Below are positions 23,696 through 38,099 of a stretch of DNA of 64,000 nt, piece by piece. The stretch covers positions 89,466,001 through 89,530,000 of the forward strand of contig CM069134.1 in the NCBI GenBank assembly GCA_035221665.1. Reading direction: 5' to 3'. The stretch is from Okamejei kenojei (Eukaryota). Positions within the stretch are counted from its first letter, which is position 1, and every line of letters begins with the position of its first letter. The translations under genes were made by a program, and so were the position numbers. Below the pieces are notes generated by a model that was given only the letters and a program-made list of their open reading frames with translations, was not told the origin of the DNA and searched no databases.

Positions 23696-26596
23696 TACTT
23701 AATTTTCAGAACTTAATAGGGCAAAGATTCCGTCATTATCAAATAATATTTAAAAATAACAAATTAAATATGATAGATTGTTTTTTACTGAACATTACAT
23801 TTCACATTGCAGAGGAATATTTAAATTAATAAAAACAATAATTTTATATGAATTTTATTTATGATTGAATTGCAAATGTTGCTGAGTATTGTAATAAAGA
23901 GAACAGGTTTGACATTGAATACTGAAATGTCTTTCCTTTTTTACAGTTCATTTGTTTACCCCATATTTCTTATCTGCTTTTGTCAGTCAATTTGTCACTA
24001 GAATTTATCTGAACTGCATTGTCTTATAGAAATATGCTACATTCAAATCAGCAAGTGGGGTGGTGGAGTTTCCCCTTAAAAAAAGGCCTTTGTTTTCAAT
24101 TTAATCAGAAAAGTCTGCTATTTTTATAGCATCACGACTGAAAGAATATTTGCCTAAACTAAACTTTCCAAATTTGTACATTCTCCTTATAGACTAGAGA
24201 TATCCAAGAGAGGTTTACTACATCATACAAAATTAGAAAACTTTAGTTCTGAAATTCCTGCCTTTCATTCTGGACTCCATAATATACCAAATTCTATACG
24301 ATAAATTGAGGATCTCAAGTTACATAAAATATTACATGCACCACCCTGGAGTCACATGAACTTTTAATTGACCAAGAACAAACATAAAAGTCCATTCTAT
24401 TTCAAGTTTTGGCTTCTGCTATAATTATTAAATAGATAAACTCAGGAAGGCATTTAATAAGAATGAATACAAGATGACCTTCCAACAATACTTGAAATTG
24501 ACTGCTTGTGTGGTGTACAGTTACAGTCAAAATATTTCTAACCAATGACAATCTTATAAGTGTCACGGAACAGTAATACTGTCAACAAAAATCAAGAAAA
24601 TGGCAGATGCTTGAAATCTGACATAAAAACAGAATGTGGAAATGAGTTTGAGACGAATAATGCAGGCAGGCAAATAAAATAGTTGCGCTGATTTTCCCTT
24701 TAACAATAAAACAATTATGCTTGAGAATTATTTGCCAATAGGTTGAGCTGGAGCAGCATCAGCAGATTGCACTCCACCTCTGCAAATCAGTGCATTGAAC
24801 TTATGAGAACTGAATTTTGAAGGCAGATTTCAATTGGCTGATGCTGTTCTCCTAGCTCCTTGAACTCAGCCAGGCAGTAACAAATTTTGAGCCATTATCT
24901 TTTTAAACTGATGTCTCCTCTAGTAAATTAGTAATAAATTGTGCATTGTAACTGAATGTTGATGTGCTGTACTCAAGTAACATACCTTTCCTTCTCAGAT
25001 ATAATAACCCAAATACTTTTAACCTGTGATGTCTCAGCTTTCCACTTCTTGACCATTCTTTAGACTAATTGCATTTGGAGAGATTGTAGGTATAAACCGA
25101 TTGGAGTTAATTCTTGAAAATCCATCAATGCAATTAAAGCATTGCATTTACAGCTTGGAACAAATTTACATTTGTGGTTTATTCGCAAATGTTAAAGACT
25201 GCTTTTGAACCAGACAGCCAGGATATAATGTTAAAGGTGCATTATATTATTGCTCAACTTCCCACTCCAATTTAGGTCATTTGTAATGGGAGATTCAATG
25301 TTGGCTGAGGGCCTGTTTATTTTCTCTGCCCATCTCGGTTATGATTTCATAATGATAAGGTTCCAAGGAATTGAAATTCATATTTAGCAGTTTGCGCTAA
25401 TTGAGTAGACACTGCATTGGAATCATTGGAGCCAAATTTTGTAAATGGTGTACAACTGCAGATATTATTGTGTCACAAGTGACTAAGGACATCTTTCCAT
25501 CTGCCCTCTGTTTTTATACCAGTTGAAACCCAGTTGAAAAGTGTCTGGAGAAAGAAGAAGGAATGACAACTATGATTAATACTTTTCTTTGAATGTTCAA
25601 GGATAAAAAGATTGGAATAGCAAGAATTACAATGCATAGGTTGGTTGTTAATGCCGTGCTGCTGTCATGTTTATTAGAAGGGCAAATTAATCTTGCGAAG
25701 CAGAGGGAAACAGCATCAGATCCTGATTTCTTGTTAGCATACTGTTACACTGTTTAAACACAACATTCGCATAAGTGTAAAGTCTCTTTTTATTATCACT
25801 GTTAATATTTGCAAACAAAGTAACATTGTGGAATTTCTCTTGCCAGAAAGAAAGTTGCAGTTAATCACAGCAATTTATTTTGTGAATTAATTTTTCTCAT
25901 TACTTATGTCCAAAATCATTAGATATCATTGTAACTTCCACAGAATCATGTAGACAGAATATGATCAAAATTAGAAAAAGATTTGAATTCCATAATTAGT
26001 TCTTCCTTGAAGAGATTTGTAATTATAACTTCATCATACTAAAGATGGATGGAAAATAATTGTATTTAAGCATTTTTCTTTACAATTTCTGGATATCCTT
26101 GGTGCCTTTTATTTTTATTTGTATTGGTGTGAATATAAAGGGGGCAACGACAATGCAAGAACATGTTCACTCATGCAGAGTTCACAGCTTATATCACTTT
26201 GGACATGAAAGTATTGATAGCATAGGTATAGCTGACAAGGAGATCAACAGTATCATATAAATGGAGGAATAACAATAAGGTTCCACAAAACTAACACATT
26301 TTTATACCCTGCACTGCAAGCACTCCCATTCTTGTCCTTCTTCAGGAACCCATATTGGATAGTGTAGATATGGATGTCAAGTGACTGGCGACTCTCTTGA
26401 CAGTACTGATCCCATAGTTAGAGAGAATGATGAAACCTTCAGATGCTTGACATCTGAACTACAAACAGAAACTCAGTAGATCGGGCAGCAAGACTTACTC
26501 AATTTGATGAAGGACATTCGACTTAAACATTAACTGTATCTCTTTCCACAGACAATTTCTGACCTGCTAAGTTTTCCCGTATTTTATAATCCTATA

Positions 26597-26896
26597 CAGG
26601 TCATCGCTGGGTTATGAACATCAGACTTGCAGACGCCCCTGCATAAAAACAAAGTCCCATAACATTATTAAATTTAAAAGTCCAATATCTTACAAATGGC
26701 AGAAACTAAATTCCTCTCCCTCTCCACTTTTAATAATTGTTCCTTCTTATTAATCCAATCTGCTTTTGATGCTATTCATTACTATCCTATGGAGATATGG
26801 TTACTGTATCAAATATTTTTTTTGTATTTTACGATTTATGAACAAAAATGACTTGGGGGCATTGGTAAAAACCTATTCATTACCTGGGTTGACCTG
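26597..26896. mobile_element. Tigger/pogo-like MITE, second copy, opposite orientation to 12197
   Basis: TA|CAGGTCATCGCTGGGTTATGAAC ... TTCATTACCTGGGTTGACCTG|TA. The interior resembles the reverse complement of 12197-12500. Confidence 0.75.
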
Positions 26897-28254
26897 TAAT
26901 TAATTAGATGGCTGGCACTGAGTCTTCATGTATGACAATGTAAAATGGTAATGTAACTTATTTGTTATTTTGCTTTACTTACACTCATGATTGATATTAT
27001 CAGTAGGAGGAGGGATGCAAATGGTTCATCTCTCTCAGTTATTCAGGTCAATGGGACCAAATGGGAGTTAAGGGAACAACTAACTGATGCTCCCATAAAC
27101 ATCAGACAACCGAGTACATATTATACCCCAGATATTCTGCCGATAACCATGTGCACAATTTAAGCTCCCCCCACCGTTAATGCTAATCAGAGGTAAAAAT
27201 AACAAATTGTAATAAGTTATGTCAACATTTTTTCATGGACAAATCGTGAGATGTAATACCACCAGTTCATGTAATTATAGGATTAATACATTGAAGAACC
27301 CATCACTTGACATCTACGTCTACCCCATCCGATAAGGGTTAATAAATAGGGATTAAAAAATGGGAGACCCAGAGTTGATCTCTCATTTCACTTTAGTCTA
27401 TCAACCTAGGTTCTTCCCTCACACTCTCAGCTCCAGTAACATCTTTTTGAAGGAAGCACCCTCTTCACCAATAGAATTTCCTCCTTCAACATGATTCTCT
27501 TCTGCATACCACATCACACTGCAGTCCAAGATATTTGTTGTTGATGTGCAGTGTTCCTTTGAAATAACAGTGATTAGCTTCATCGTTTCTGTTGTTGCTA
27601 TTTAATTTGCAGAATCAAATTTCCCAGAAATTGGAGGCAGCAAATATTAGCTGAGAGCTTAAATTATAATTGTTGCTTCTCACTTCACAGTTAATGCACA
27701 CTGTGATGCATACTTAAAACTTTGACCGGCCACACAGGCAAAGGTTAAAACAATTGCACAAACCAGTTCAATAGAATGATATTAAATTTGTTCATTTATA
27801 TATATATCTATATTTGTGATTACCTTGTTAAAACCCGATTATTATATTTTTAGACATTCGGTTCTAGTTGGTAATGCTTAACGTGCTATAAAGTAGTGAT
27901 ATCCATGCTGAGAGTTTGAAATTCAGTTCCACTTATTTCAATGGGACTGAATTTTAAAAGTCGAGTCTAGTGCAACACAGTTACTATGTAATGCATTCAA
28001 GATTACCAATGAACAACAGATATCATTTCTGTCTTTCAGTATTCTGTCAAAGCTTGACATGTCAATTGTCCTCGATTCTAATTTTTTACATATTGGGGGT
28101 TTTAAACCGAGGACTTGTTCTAGTTCAAATAAAAGTTACCAGGGCAGATGAATTGCATCTCACTGGTGTTTGTGGGAACTTGTGTGGCACAAAACATCTC
28201 CTTCATCTTCCTCATTTACCCAACAACAGTCAAAATAATCAATTAACATTGAAC

Positions 28255-28930
28255 ACAGAACACAAGAGGAATAGGCACTTTGGCCCACAATGACCATCCC
28301 AAACATGATGCCAAGTTAAGCTAAACTAAACTGCAGGTGACTCATATCTCTCCATTCCCTGCATATCAATGTGCCCATTTAAAAGCCCCTTAAATGACAC
28401 TGCTGTATCTGCCTGCATCACCCGCAACGCCCGAGCAGGTGTTCCAGGCACCCACCACTCTCTGTGTAATAAAGCCCTCGCACATCTCTTTTAAACTTTG
28501 CCCCTATCATCTTAAAGCTATGCCTTGTTTTTGACTTGTGTATAGGCACATGGAAATGCAGGGAATAGAGGTGTATGGATCATGTGCATGCAGAAGAAAT
28601 CAGTTTGGTTAGGCAATATGTTTGGCACAAATATTATGGGCAGAAGGGCCCATTCCTGTGCTGCACTGCTCTGTGTTCTATGTTCTATTTCCACCTTGAG
28701 GAAAGGGTTCTGAGTATCTATCCAATATATGCCTCTCATAATTTATATTATCCCATTGGATCTCCCTTCAGTTTCCAACACTCCAGAGAAAACAATCCAT
28801 GTTTGTCCAATCTCTCCTTTTTGCTAATCTAGGCAGCATTCTGATAAGCCTCTTCTGCACCCTCTCCAAAGCCTCCATATCCTTACTGTAATGGGGTAAC
28901 CAGAACTGCACACAACACTCCAAATGAGCA
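28255..28930 (-). mobile_element. Degraded CR1 3' fragment with an opposite-orientation CR1 tail nested at about 28545-28688
   Basis: Minus-strand CR1 motifs (ccagaactgcacacaacactcca, ctgcaccctctccaaagcc) are interrupted by the plus-strand tail gaagggcccattcctgtgctg..ttctatgttcta. Confidence 0.75.
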
Positions 28931-30184
28931 GAAGCATAATTGGCAGAGGTTTTCTCAGCATGCCTGTCATAATAGCTTTACCAGAAGTTTTTTTACATAT
29001 TCAATTTGCATGGGAAACCTGGTTTCCTCCAAAGTTATGAGATTCTAAGCTTCAGCATTCCAAAACATCTGTGCTGATTAGAATAAGACATGGTAAGAAT
29101 GCATTATTTTCAAAATGTAAATGATGACAAATATACTTTCAGAATGTTTTCTCTCCAAAGCCTCTGGATTCAGACCTGCTAATTTGCTGAGTGGGATATG
29201 TAATTTTCCTCATCTCCATTTTCAATGTCATTCCATGCTTAACCTTACAACTATAAGACATTGCCACTCTGCCATCGTTCTTGCTAACCCAATCAAAACC
29301 AGCGAACCTCCTTTGAAAGAAAATCAGCGTCCAAAGACATCCGTTTAAAGTCCCTAGTGTCCTGTATTCAGTAGAAATTAGTTTTCAATAAACTGAAAAT
29401 AACGTGATTGTTTAAAGTCTTAAGCCCACATTCAGACCAGCAAGAATTCTGTAGCTAACACTATGAATGATGAATTATGCTGCGCAAAATCAATACAGCG
29501 ATTTGATAACATGAATGTATTTTAAAACATTTCAGTACAGAGGAGCAATAATTGATTTTATAAATGAGAAATCATGCCTTAAAAAATTATTCCAAATATA
29601 GAGACCCAACTCAGTCATTCAAACCTGTTAAAAATTAATTTGTTTTCTCAGACCATTTTTTTCTCTGTTAATCTATCTTTTGAATTTATTCAAATGAGGT
29701 GGCAGTATCTACCGACAGCGCACTTCAAATGACATACATCTCTAAACCTGCAAAAACATCTAGACTGCAAAGTAAAACTAAGCAGTTCATTCAAATGCAG
29801 CTCTCTTTGGTCATATGGCAATTGTATTCTGAGTGCGCTTTAGCCATGTGTGCTTACCAATAAGCAGACTTTGTGGCCTGAAGATCACAAACTGCTTAAG
29901 CACAACTCAAACTCAGAAACAAGAATAATTTAACCATGTGTAAAGTGATCTCAACGTGTCATGACAAAAGTACCGGTAAAGCCACAGAATCTAGTTTGAG
30001 AAGATGCTGGATGGAAAAACACAAAAATAGGTCACCACATGGTATGTGCTGAATTCCCGCATTAACATGCATTTATATGGTGGCTTTTAACATTAAGGTG
30101 TTTCACGGGAATATTTCACTTTGGAAATGTAAATCAAGGCTGTTCTATGTTCCAAAACATGCATCAAAACAGCTCTATAATATT

Positions 30185-31095
30185 CATAGCACATGGAACA
30201 GTAGACCACAGGAACATCTGTGCTGAAGATGATGCCAAGTTAAACTAATCTTCTCTGCCTGCCTTGATCTACAACCCTCCATTCCCTGCATATCCATATG
30301 CCTATCTAAAAGCCTCTTGAACACCACTATCATTATTGCCTTCCACCACCACACCTGGAAACGCAATCCAGACACCCACCACTGTGTGTGTGTGTGTGTA
30401 AAAAAAGCCTCATGTGTCTCCTTTAAACTATCCCCCTCTGACCTAAGAAAAAGGTTCTGTCTACACAAGTTCCCACAAACACCTATGCCTCTCATAATTT
30501 TATATATTCCATCAGATCTGCCCTCAACTGCTGATGCTCCAGAGAATACAACCAAAGTTTATCTAATCTCTCACTATAGCTAATTCGCTCTAATCCAGGC
30601 AGCATTGCAGCAAACCTCTTATGCACCCTCTCCAAAGCCTCCTCAACCTTCCCCCAGCAGGCTGACCAGAATCCACACTAAACTCTACATGCAGTGTATC
30701 CAAACTTTGATGAAGCTGCAACATGACTTTCTGACTCTTGTACTCAATGCCCCGACTGATTAAGGCAAGCATGCCATATGCTTTCTTTTGTGTCGCATTT
30801 TCATGGAACTATGAATGTGGACCCCAAGATCCCACCATACATCAATGCTGCTAAATGTCTTGCTGTTAACTGTATATTTTTTTCTATATTTGATCTCACA
30901 AAGTGTAACACTTCACATTTATTTGGATGAAACTCATCCTACCATTTCTCACCCCATTTCCGTCATACCTAGCTGATCACAAAGCTGTCACATAGTTGAT
31001 CATAGTTGATCCCCGCTGAATCATTTGACATCCTTCCTTACTGTCCTCAACTCCATCAATTTTGGTATCATCTGCATACTAGTCAACCCATCCAT
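30185..31095 (-). mobile_element. Degraded CR1 LINE 3' portion
   Basis: ORF 30590-30772 (LALISRGIEYKSQKVMLQL); tatcatctgcatact encodes the YADD motif on the minus strand at about 31070. Confidence 0.8.
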
Positions 31096-33136
31096 ATTTA
31101 CCTCCAAGTCAATTATATTCATAATAATAATAAACCTGCTGTGATAATATTCCTTTCCTGGTGTTGGATGGTCCTAATTATCTCCTTTGGTGACACTTAG
31201 CTCTACATCCATCCTTGTGTTTGGCCGCACCATTGAAATGTGCTCTGATGACATTGAATAAAATCTTAGAATTAAAATAATTGTTTTTAATCTCACCAGC
31301 CTCATTTCCCTAACTATTGACTGACATTTTTCTCTCTTTGGAAAACCAATGAGCCACAAAAGGAGATAGAGAGTGGTGACCAAAAATTACTTGATAAAAC
31401 AGATTTTGCAGGAGGACAGTGAACTCGCGAGGTTTCAGGTGTGGCAGTTGGAGTGCTGGGAATTAGAGCAATTATAGCCTTCATTGTCTTTATCTCGATC
31501 ACATAATTTCCCAAACATATTTTACTCAGAGAGTGGTCCTAATCTAGAATTCACTGCTTTTGAAGGTGGTGGAATCAATTTGTATATACAACTGGATAGG
31601 CAGCAGAGGAAACCATTTGCTAGTTTTGAGGAAAGAAGGGAAAATTGGTTTGATTGCTCTATTCATAGATGCTATGAACTCAATGAGCTCAACTGTCGCC
31701 TCTGTGCCATAATAAATCTGTGATTCAGTAAAAATTAGTCTTGCAGAGCTGGGCCGAATGGAAGTTCTCAGTTCAAGTCCACATTTTGTCGCCAATGATA
31801 AAACATGGCAGGCAAGCATGCAAAACTGATAGAGTGCAATGATCTCAAAGGCTGGTAGAGCAGAGGATGTTTTGGAAGCAGAGAGCAGAAAAGCCATAGA
31901 AGGAATTGAAAACAGTAATGATTTATTGGTGTATAGAATTAAACATAGTCTACTGCTCATAGTTTCGTGTTTTTGTCCACTCGATACAAATTGTGGCACT
32001 GACATTATTTAACGTTACCTTCCTGATTGTTCCCATTGTGTCCAGCAGTGAGTTTTCATTCAACCCCCACACTCCGGTCTCCTGAATCCTACAAGCATCT
32101 ATTGTTAATCGTCCTCTTCCTCCTCAACACATGCCAGAATAGATTTATAATTTACAGTACAGGAGTAAAACTAGCTTGGCATTTGGCCATTGCTATGAGA
32201 GCTAACTTTCGCTTTTTTTAAAAAGAAAATTTGTTTTTCCCCTCTATTGCGAAACATGAACTGAGCAGTTTATGTAAGAGGCAGCCAAGTGGCTGCACAA
32301 GATTTATATTCAAGTGGCAAGTTGTAAATCTGAAATAATACCCCCTTTCCTGGTGTGAGATTATGTTCCGTTCACCTATATTGATGACACTTGGCTTTAC
32401 ATCCATCAAGGCATTGAAGGAGCCACAATTAACATTGTGGGGACTCAAATCATTATTTTAAATCTCATCAACCCCTCTGGCCAAACCTTCTGTTGATTTT
32501 CCTAGTTCTCATTTTTCCCTTTTCTCTGTGTTAATATTGTTTGATTAGCCTCCACAAATCACTTTGGAATTTTTGAATTCATGTGAATGCAATTTATTTT
32601 CGAACAAGTCAGCAATTGACATGAAGTAGCACAAATAAAAAGATGAAAACATTACTTGAAAAAAAATTGCCACATCTTAAATTATAAACTTTCAGCTCAG
32701 TGGAGTGAACTGTAATTGTGTTTCACATGTTCAACTTGATGCATTTGAAATGGCCATGACCAGCATAAATAATGTGAGTCAAAGTTAATGAAAGCTTGAA
32801 ACCTGAAATGAACAGACAAGCTGCTAAAAATGTTGAACAGGTTGATTTGTCGCTGGCAAAGAATGCTTAATTACTGTTTTGATAAAGGTCACATCCAAAT
32901 TATAAGCCTCTCCCCTTTCGGATATTCATCAACCCTGCTCCACATTTCCTGCATCCTGTGGTTGTATTTCAGAGTTGTATTTGCTGTCCATCACTATTAT
33001 CAGCTTCTCCAGTCAGAAGGAATCTGTACAGACGGTCATAATGGGGTGATTGCATATCAAAGTGTGTCCTGTTTGAAAACTGTATTCTATTTAATAGTAC
33101 ATTTTCTTTTTGTTACTATTTTATGTTTCTCGTTAG

Positions 33137-33568
33137 GTTCACATGGGAACCCATATGTGGAATAACTCTCCAGCAAGACGAGGACGTCGTTTGTCAGTAG
33201 AGAACCCAATGGCTTTACTAGGCGGTGATGCTGTGAAGTTCTCAGAGATGTTTCAAAAGGACTTGGCAGCTCGGGCAATGAATGTTGACGCAACATTCTG
33301 GAACCAATACGCTGCGGCCATCACGAATGGCCTAGCCATGAAAAATAACGAGATTTCTGTTATACAGAATGGAGGCATCCCTCAGCTCCCTGTTAGCCTA
33401 GGAGCCAGCAGTATCCCAGCTTTAACTAGTCTGGCCAGCGGAATGGACAGGGTTCGTACAGGGAGCAGTCCACCTGTTGCTAGTCTGGAGAAACAAAGCA
33501 CAGAAGGAGGTGCAAGTCGCCCATTCGCTAGATTTATCGAAGATGGCAAAGAAATTGGCATTAACTAA
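33137..33568 (+). CDS. SALL3: Sal-like protein 3, last coding exon
   Basis: Acceptor tttatgtttctcgttAG ends at 33136. [23 protein letters not shown] completes the finger begun in exon 2 (...KGNLK|VHMGTH). The C-terminus KEIGIN* is SALL3-type rather than SALL1-type. Confidence 0.96.
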   Translation, partial: VHMGTHMWNNSPARRGRRLSVENPMALLGGDAVKFSEMFQKDLAARAMNVDATFWNQYAAAITNGLAMKNNEISVIQNGGIPQLPVSLGASSIPALTSLASGMDRVRTGSSPPVASLEKQSTEGGASRPFARFIEDGKEIGIN

Positions 33569-36500
33569 AACATGGCACTCTCAAACACAAGTAACAAATG
33601 AACCATTTTACCATTGGAATCTTGTACTATATTGTGTACAGTTTTTGGAGCATACCTTCAATAGTTGTTAAGATATGACTTCAACTCCAAATACTCAGAT
33701 GTTGTGTTTTTCTTGCTCCTTTACTCATAGCCAGAATCACGAAAGTTTCATATTCTGGTTATGGTTTGAGTTGTCTTGCAAGATTTGCATGGTACTACTT
33801 GTTTCAATAGTAAATTTTACCGAAAAGTACTTCAAAATTTTTTAGAAAAATTGTACATTCAGAAAATTAATAGGCCCTAGGTTACAGTAAAAGGACAAAC
33901 TGTGGGTTGGAAACGGGGAGAGGCCAGGGTTCTAACTTAGTTCCTTGACAATGGTTCTGAGAGTGAACTGCTAAAGGGCCTAGAAAGCATAAACTGACTG
34001 GAGTATGGATGGACAAGTGTGCTAATTGTCTTCACATGAAGTAGAAACTTGAAATTATATATTTTTTCTTTGAAGATGTCCTGCTCTGTTTAAAAAAAAA
34101 GGTGATTTTTGTGTCCCCAGAGGTGTGTTCTATGATAAATGTGCTCATCTGTACTATTTATGATGTCAAGATTATGCGGGTCAGAAATAGTATCCAGTCC
34201 CACGGTTATTGTTTTGTCATTTGCATAAATATATGCAGAGTTATATACAAACGAATACATGTTTCTCAGACAAAAAAATTAAGGGTCTGTTACTGACAGC
34301 TTTGTAAGAACCATAGTAATTTAAATTGAACCCAGATACTTTGGTGAAGTCTGGAAGTCTCTTTTCTCATCTTTAGGAAGAATACGAGTTTGCAAACCTG
34401 TCATTTTTCCCTTTTTTTTCCCAAACGCAAGTGATTGCTATTGTAACTGCTTTTTTGAGGGGTGGGCAGTGGGAATGAGAACAAATTAAATGTTTTTGAA
34501 GCTGCTATCTATCCCTTTTAAGTCAGAGATGTATTTCAGATTAAAGAGGATAAAGTTTTGTGTGAGGAAGTAAAATCTCCATTAAATAACATTTTTTTAA
34601 ACCTTAGCATGTGACTTGCTCTAGATGCATTCACTTCCAACTTCAGTTACCATAAGATCCAGTGTATAAGTTGCACCGGTGTCCAAGTCATCTTTACATG
34701 CACACCCTATCAAAATTACTCAAAAATAGACATCTACACCAGATTTCACAGTATTTTGAGATAACACTCTAATTCTTTCTGAAGTCATATGTATGGAATT
34801 TTATAAAATAAGCTATCTCCGCCCAGGAAATAATTTTCATTTCATTTAAACATGTTGTGTTAAAGCATTATTTTCACAGACCTCATGACAACCTAAGTTC
34901 CCAACCAACTACCCTTCCTCTCCCAAGCTTTGTGACTGTTACTCTCTATTAATTATTAATACTAAACTGATCAGCTGGTACATACTAATTGATAACCCAA
35001 CTCAGCACACTGATAAAGATTATTAAATGGCATGCAATTTTGTGTCTTGAGGATGTGCATGGTGCTATTGAACTTCAAATAGGTCAAAACATACATAACA
35101 TACATATAAAGACAATAATCCTCAGATTCATTCAAAACTTTTTTTCGTACAATTAACATATTCTGGAAACAAAATTCAGTCTGAGTACTTTTAGCAAAGC
35201 TCAATTATTTTGAATGGCTTTGGAGTCCACATTAAAATGGCATGGACAGGAATTTATGCAAACGTGTTAATGGGTGTGTTAAAGCTGCAGAAAGGAAACT
35301 GAAACCACCAGAGTCCAATTTTGTTTAATTGGTTAGAAATTGACCATTTTATTTGTCCCCTAAAGTAGGTGTCAACATGAAATCTTTTATTGTTATTTTC
35401 TCTAATGAAAAATAATTTTTACATGCTGCAGCTCATGGGAAAGTTACTCTGGATCTGGCAGGCTCAACTTTTATTGTCCTGTTTCCATTGTTTTCAGTAA
35501 AACAGATGCCAAGATGTGAGGTGCAAAGAGATTTTATTTTATTTCACATGCCAGTATGAATCTGGCTTTGCTCCATTTTTATAGTGACCTAGATGAGGGG
35601 CATTTGTACACTGGAGCACAAGTTTTCTGCCCCATGCTTTCAGAGTCGCTTATATTTTGCACACTTCATGGAGCTTTTGCATAGGATGAATAAGAAAAGA
35701 GCCCATGAAGAGACTTTAAAACACCCTCCCCATCCACCCATACTCCCGCTATGTACATGCCATTATTTACTGCAAGTTAGAGAAGAAAGTCTTGTTTCAA
35801 TTTCATTAAACTTGTTAAGTTAGGATTTCCTTCAACTGGAACCCTCTTCACTTGACTATAATTGTAATTCCACATCTGAAAAGTTTGCTGCAAAGCATGA
35901 CTGAAGTGCTGTGAAAATGCACATCACATGTATTTGTCCGCTTCAATTGTTGGCGGTAGGTCCCGGCTCTGAAGTACTGCTTGGTTACCTGTAGCAATGC
36001 CTGGTATAGATGTGCCCATTTGTCCTGAAGCAACTGTTAGCCATGTGCACAGAGAGGTGAGAGTGAAGACAGTTATAAACATGTTCTCAACTCATGGAGC
36101 AGAGCACATCTTTGCTTATGTACTAATCTATTATTCTGATTGTCAAGATGTTCTTCCTAGAACAAGATGATAATACCACCCCATTCTTTGTGAGTCTTAA
36201 TTTTGTTGCATAACACAACAGAAGGGAGAAAATGCAGACCTGAAAATGAAGCAAAATGAGTAACCGTTTTTTGTTTCTGAAGGTTCTCTTGATATTGTTG
36301 TAGGTCTGACCTTCCTGCCACTTGCTCTTTAGGAGTGTGAACCTCCTCCTCTGAACAGTTTTACTGAATATTATCAACGTGGGGAATTGCTTTTTGCATT
36401 TCATCAAATTATCAACTGGAGGATTTTCACACTGAGTTAATTCTGAAATGAAGCTGGGATTAATTAAATACCTTGCACCTTATCATATGGCTGAGATGAG

Positions 36501-37920
36501 TAAAAGAGGACTTTGACCTTCTTAAACCCAGCAAATTTAAGGTTGAACAAAATTTCCATAATATAAAGGCAAGTATTATATGTATGATAAGCAGGCCGAT
36601 CTTCTGAATCTAATAAAAGTGTTGTAAACTTTTTTTTAATCTTTAAAATGCTGGAAATGCCATTCAACCTGGCTACTCTTTGCCGTGACATACTTTGGAA
36701 ACAAATGGTAAAAGAGTGACATGACAAGTGATCGTTTATTAATGGTACACCATAGTAAGAGTTTGACAGTGCTTTGAATCTGCATTATTATTAAGTAAGC
36801 TAGCAAATTGGGATGGGTGGAGCTTAATCAAAACTTGAACTAACAGTAACCGTTTCGTGTACAGTACTACCTCATTTTTATTTGCATTGAAAGCACGGTG
36901 GATGGTGGTGTAAAAACTGCTAATTGTTTGAAACTGTTTTTGAAGAGATATTGCAATATGAATTGGGCAAAAGACGTGGTGGAGTTTGCACAGCAGGTAT
37001 ATTGAATGGACTAAAGTGGGACAATCTGCTCATGGAAAAGAAAAATATTAGGACTCCTATTATAAAGAATCACTTTACTGGTTGTTTCTGCCATCTTGTT
37101 ATGATCAACCAACATGAAATGTCAAGATCGATCGTAGAAGAGCTGTTTTGCCCCCCTCTAAAATTGTATTTACTGCAAGGGGATTTGTTCCTACAGTGAG
37201 AACAATGTGTCAATCCTGTGGTACTTCCACCTTTTTAGCACTAAGTGTGGGTGATTATGGGAACCTTTCAAGAGCATAAATAAAATGAAACAAAACAAGT
37301 TGTAAGGTGGCTTAACGTTGCTGTATTTTCAGCAGTTGAATGTTTTATTTATCTGTGTCATTTTCAGTGTGAATTTTTTTGTTATCCAAATGATAGCATT
37401 TGGTACCATGTAGTGTTCTATCCATAAGGATCTGTAACTTAAGACTTCTAAAGCAATGTAAATAGGGCAGTAGGTAGACGGAACCCTTTTGCATTCAGAT
37501 GCTGGTTGTTCCTCTCTACATGGTGAAGAGAGACACTATTTTTATACTGCGATACCATGTGGGGCTGGGAAACCAACCTGAATGACTTGGGAATTGTTAC
37601 CTATATCCAATATTTTTATTAAACCTTGTTGGCTTGACACATCTACTGACTGAAATGGATGTCTTAGTCTAGGTTACTATTTTGTCATATGGAATAAATA
37701 AAAAAAATGCAGGATATGATTTTCAAGGTAAAAATGTGTTTTTTTCTTTCCTAACTTGTCAATTTTCAAAGAAAAAACAGAATACTGGCAATAGGAGTTT
37801 GTGGTTTATGATGATGTCCTTCTATAGAACCTGTTAATGAGAGTATTTAACACTGCAGTATCCTTTTTGAACGGAACTTGATGTAAGTGTTATCTAATTT
37901 AAAATAAACTATTAAATGTG
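33569..37920 (+). other. SALL3: Putative long SALL3 3' UTR; end uncertain
   Basis: AT-rich stretch after the stop codon with no TE that I recognise. AATAAA occurs at 36612, 37279, 37693 and 37903 (the last followed by ATTAAA at 37911). LINE debris resumes near 38100. Confidence 0.45.
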
Positions 37921-38099
37921 ACTTATTAAATGACCTGCTGGGGGTTAAAATGGGAGCATCATTCATTGGCTAATTTCTTAATATGAAGTGGAATATTACT
38001 TCCAAAACTGAGATACAATATTTTATTTAATCGTTGTTTATTACATAACATTTATTTAAGGGAATATATAAGAAATGATAGAACACTATAAAACAAAAA

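Noticed and set aside
23337-23716. ORFs spanning the N run
   Set aside because: Artefacts of the assembly gap and microsatellite.
31544-32005. 153-aa minus-strand ORF, and the 152-aa plus-strand ORF at 42296-42754
   Set aside because: No recognisable domain or splice context; 42296 partly reads through a Penelope-terminus repeat.
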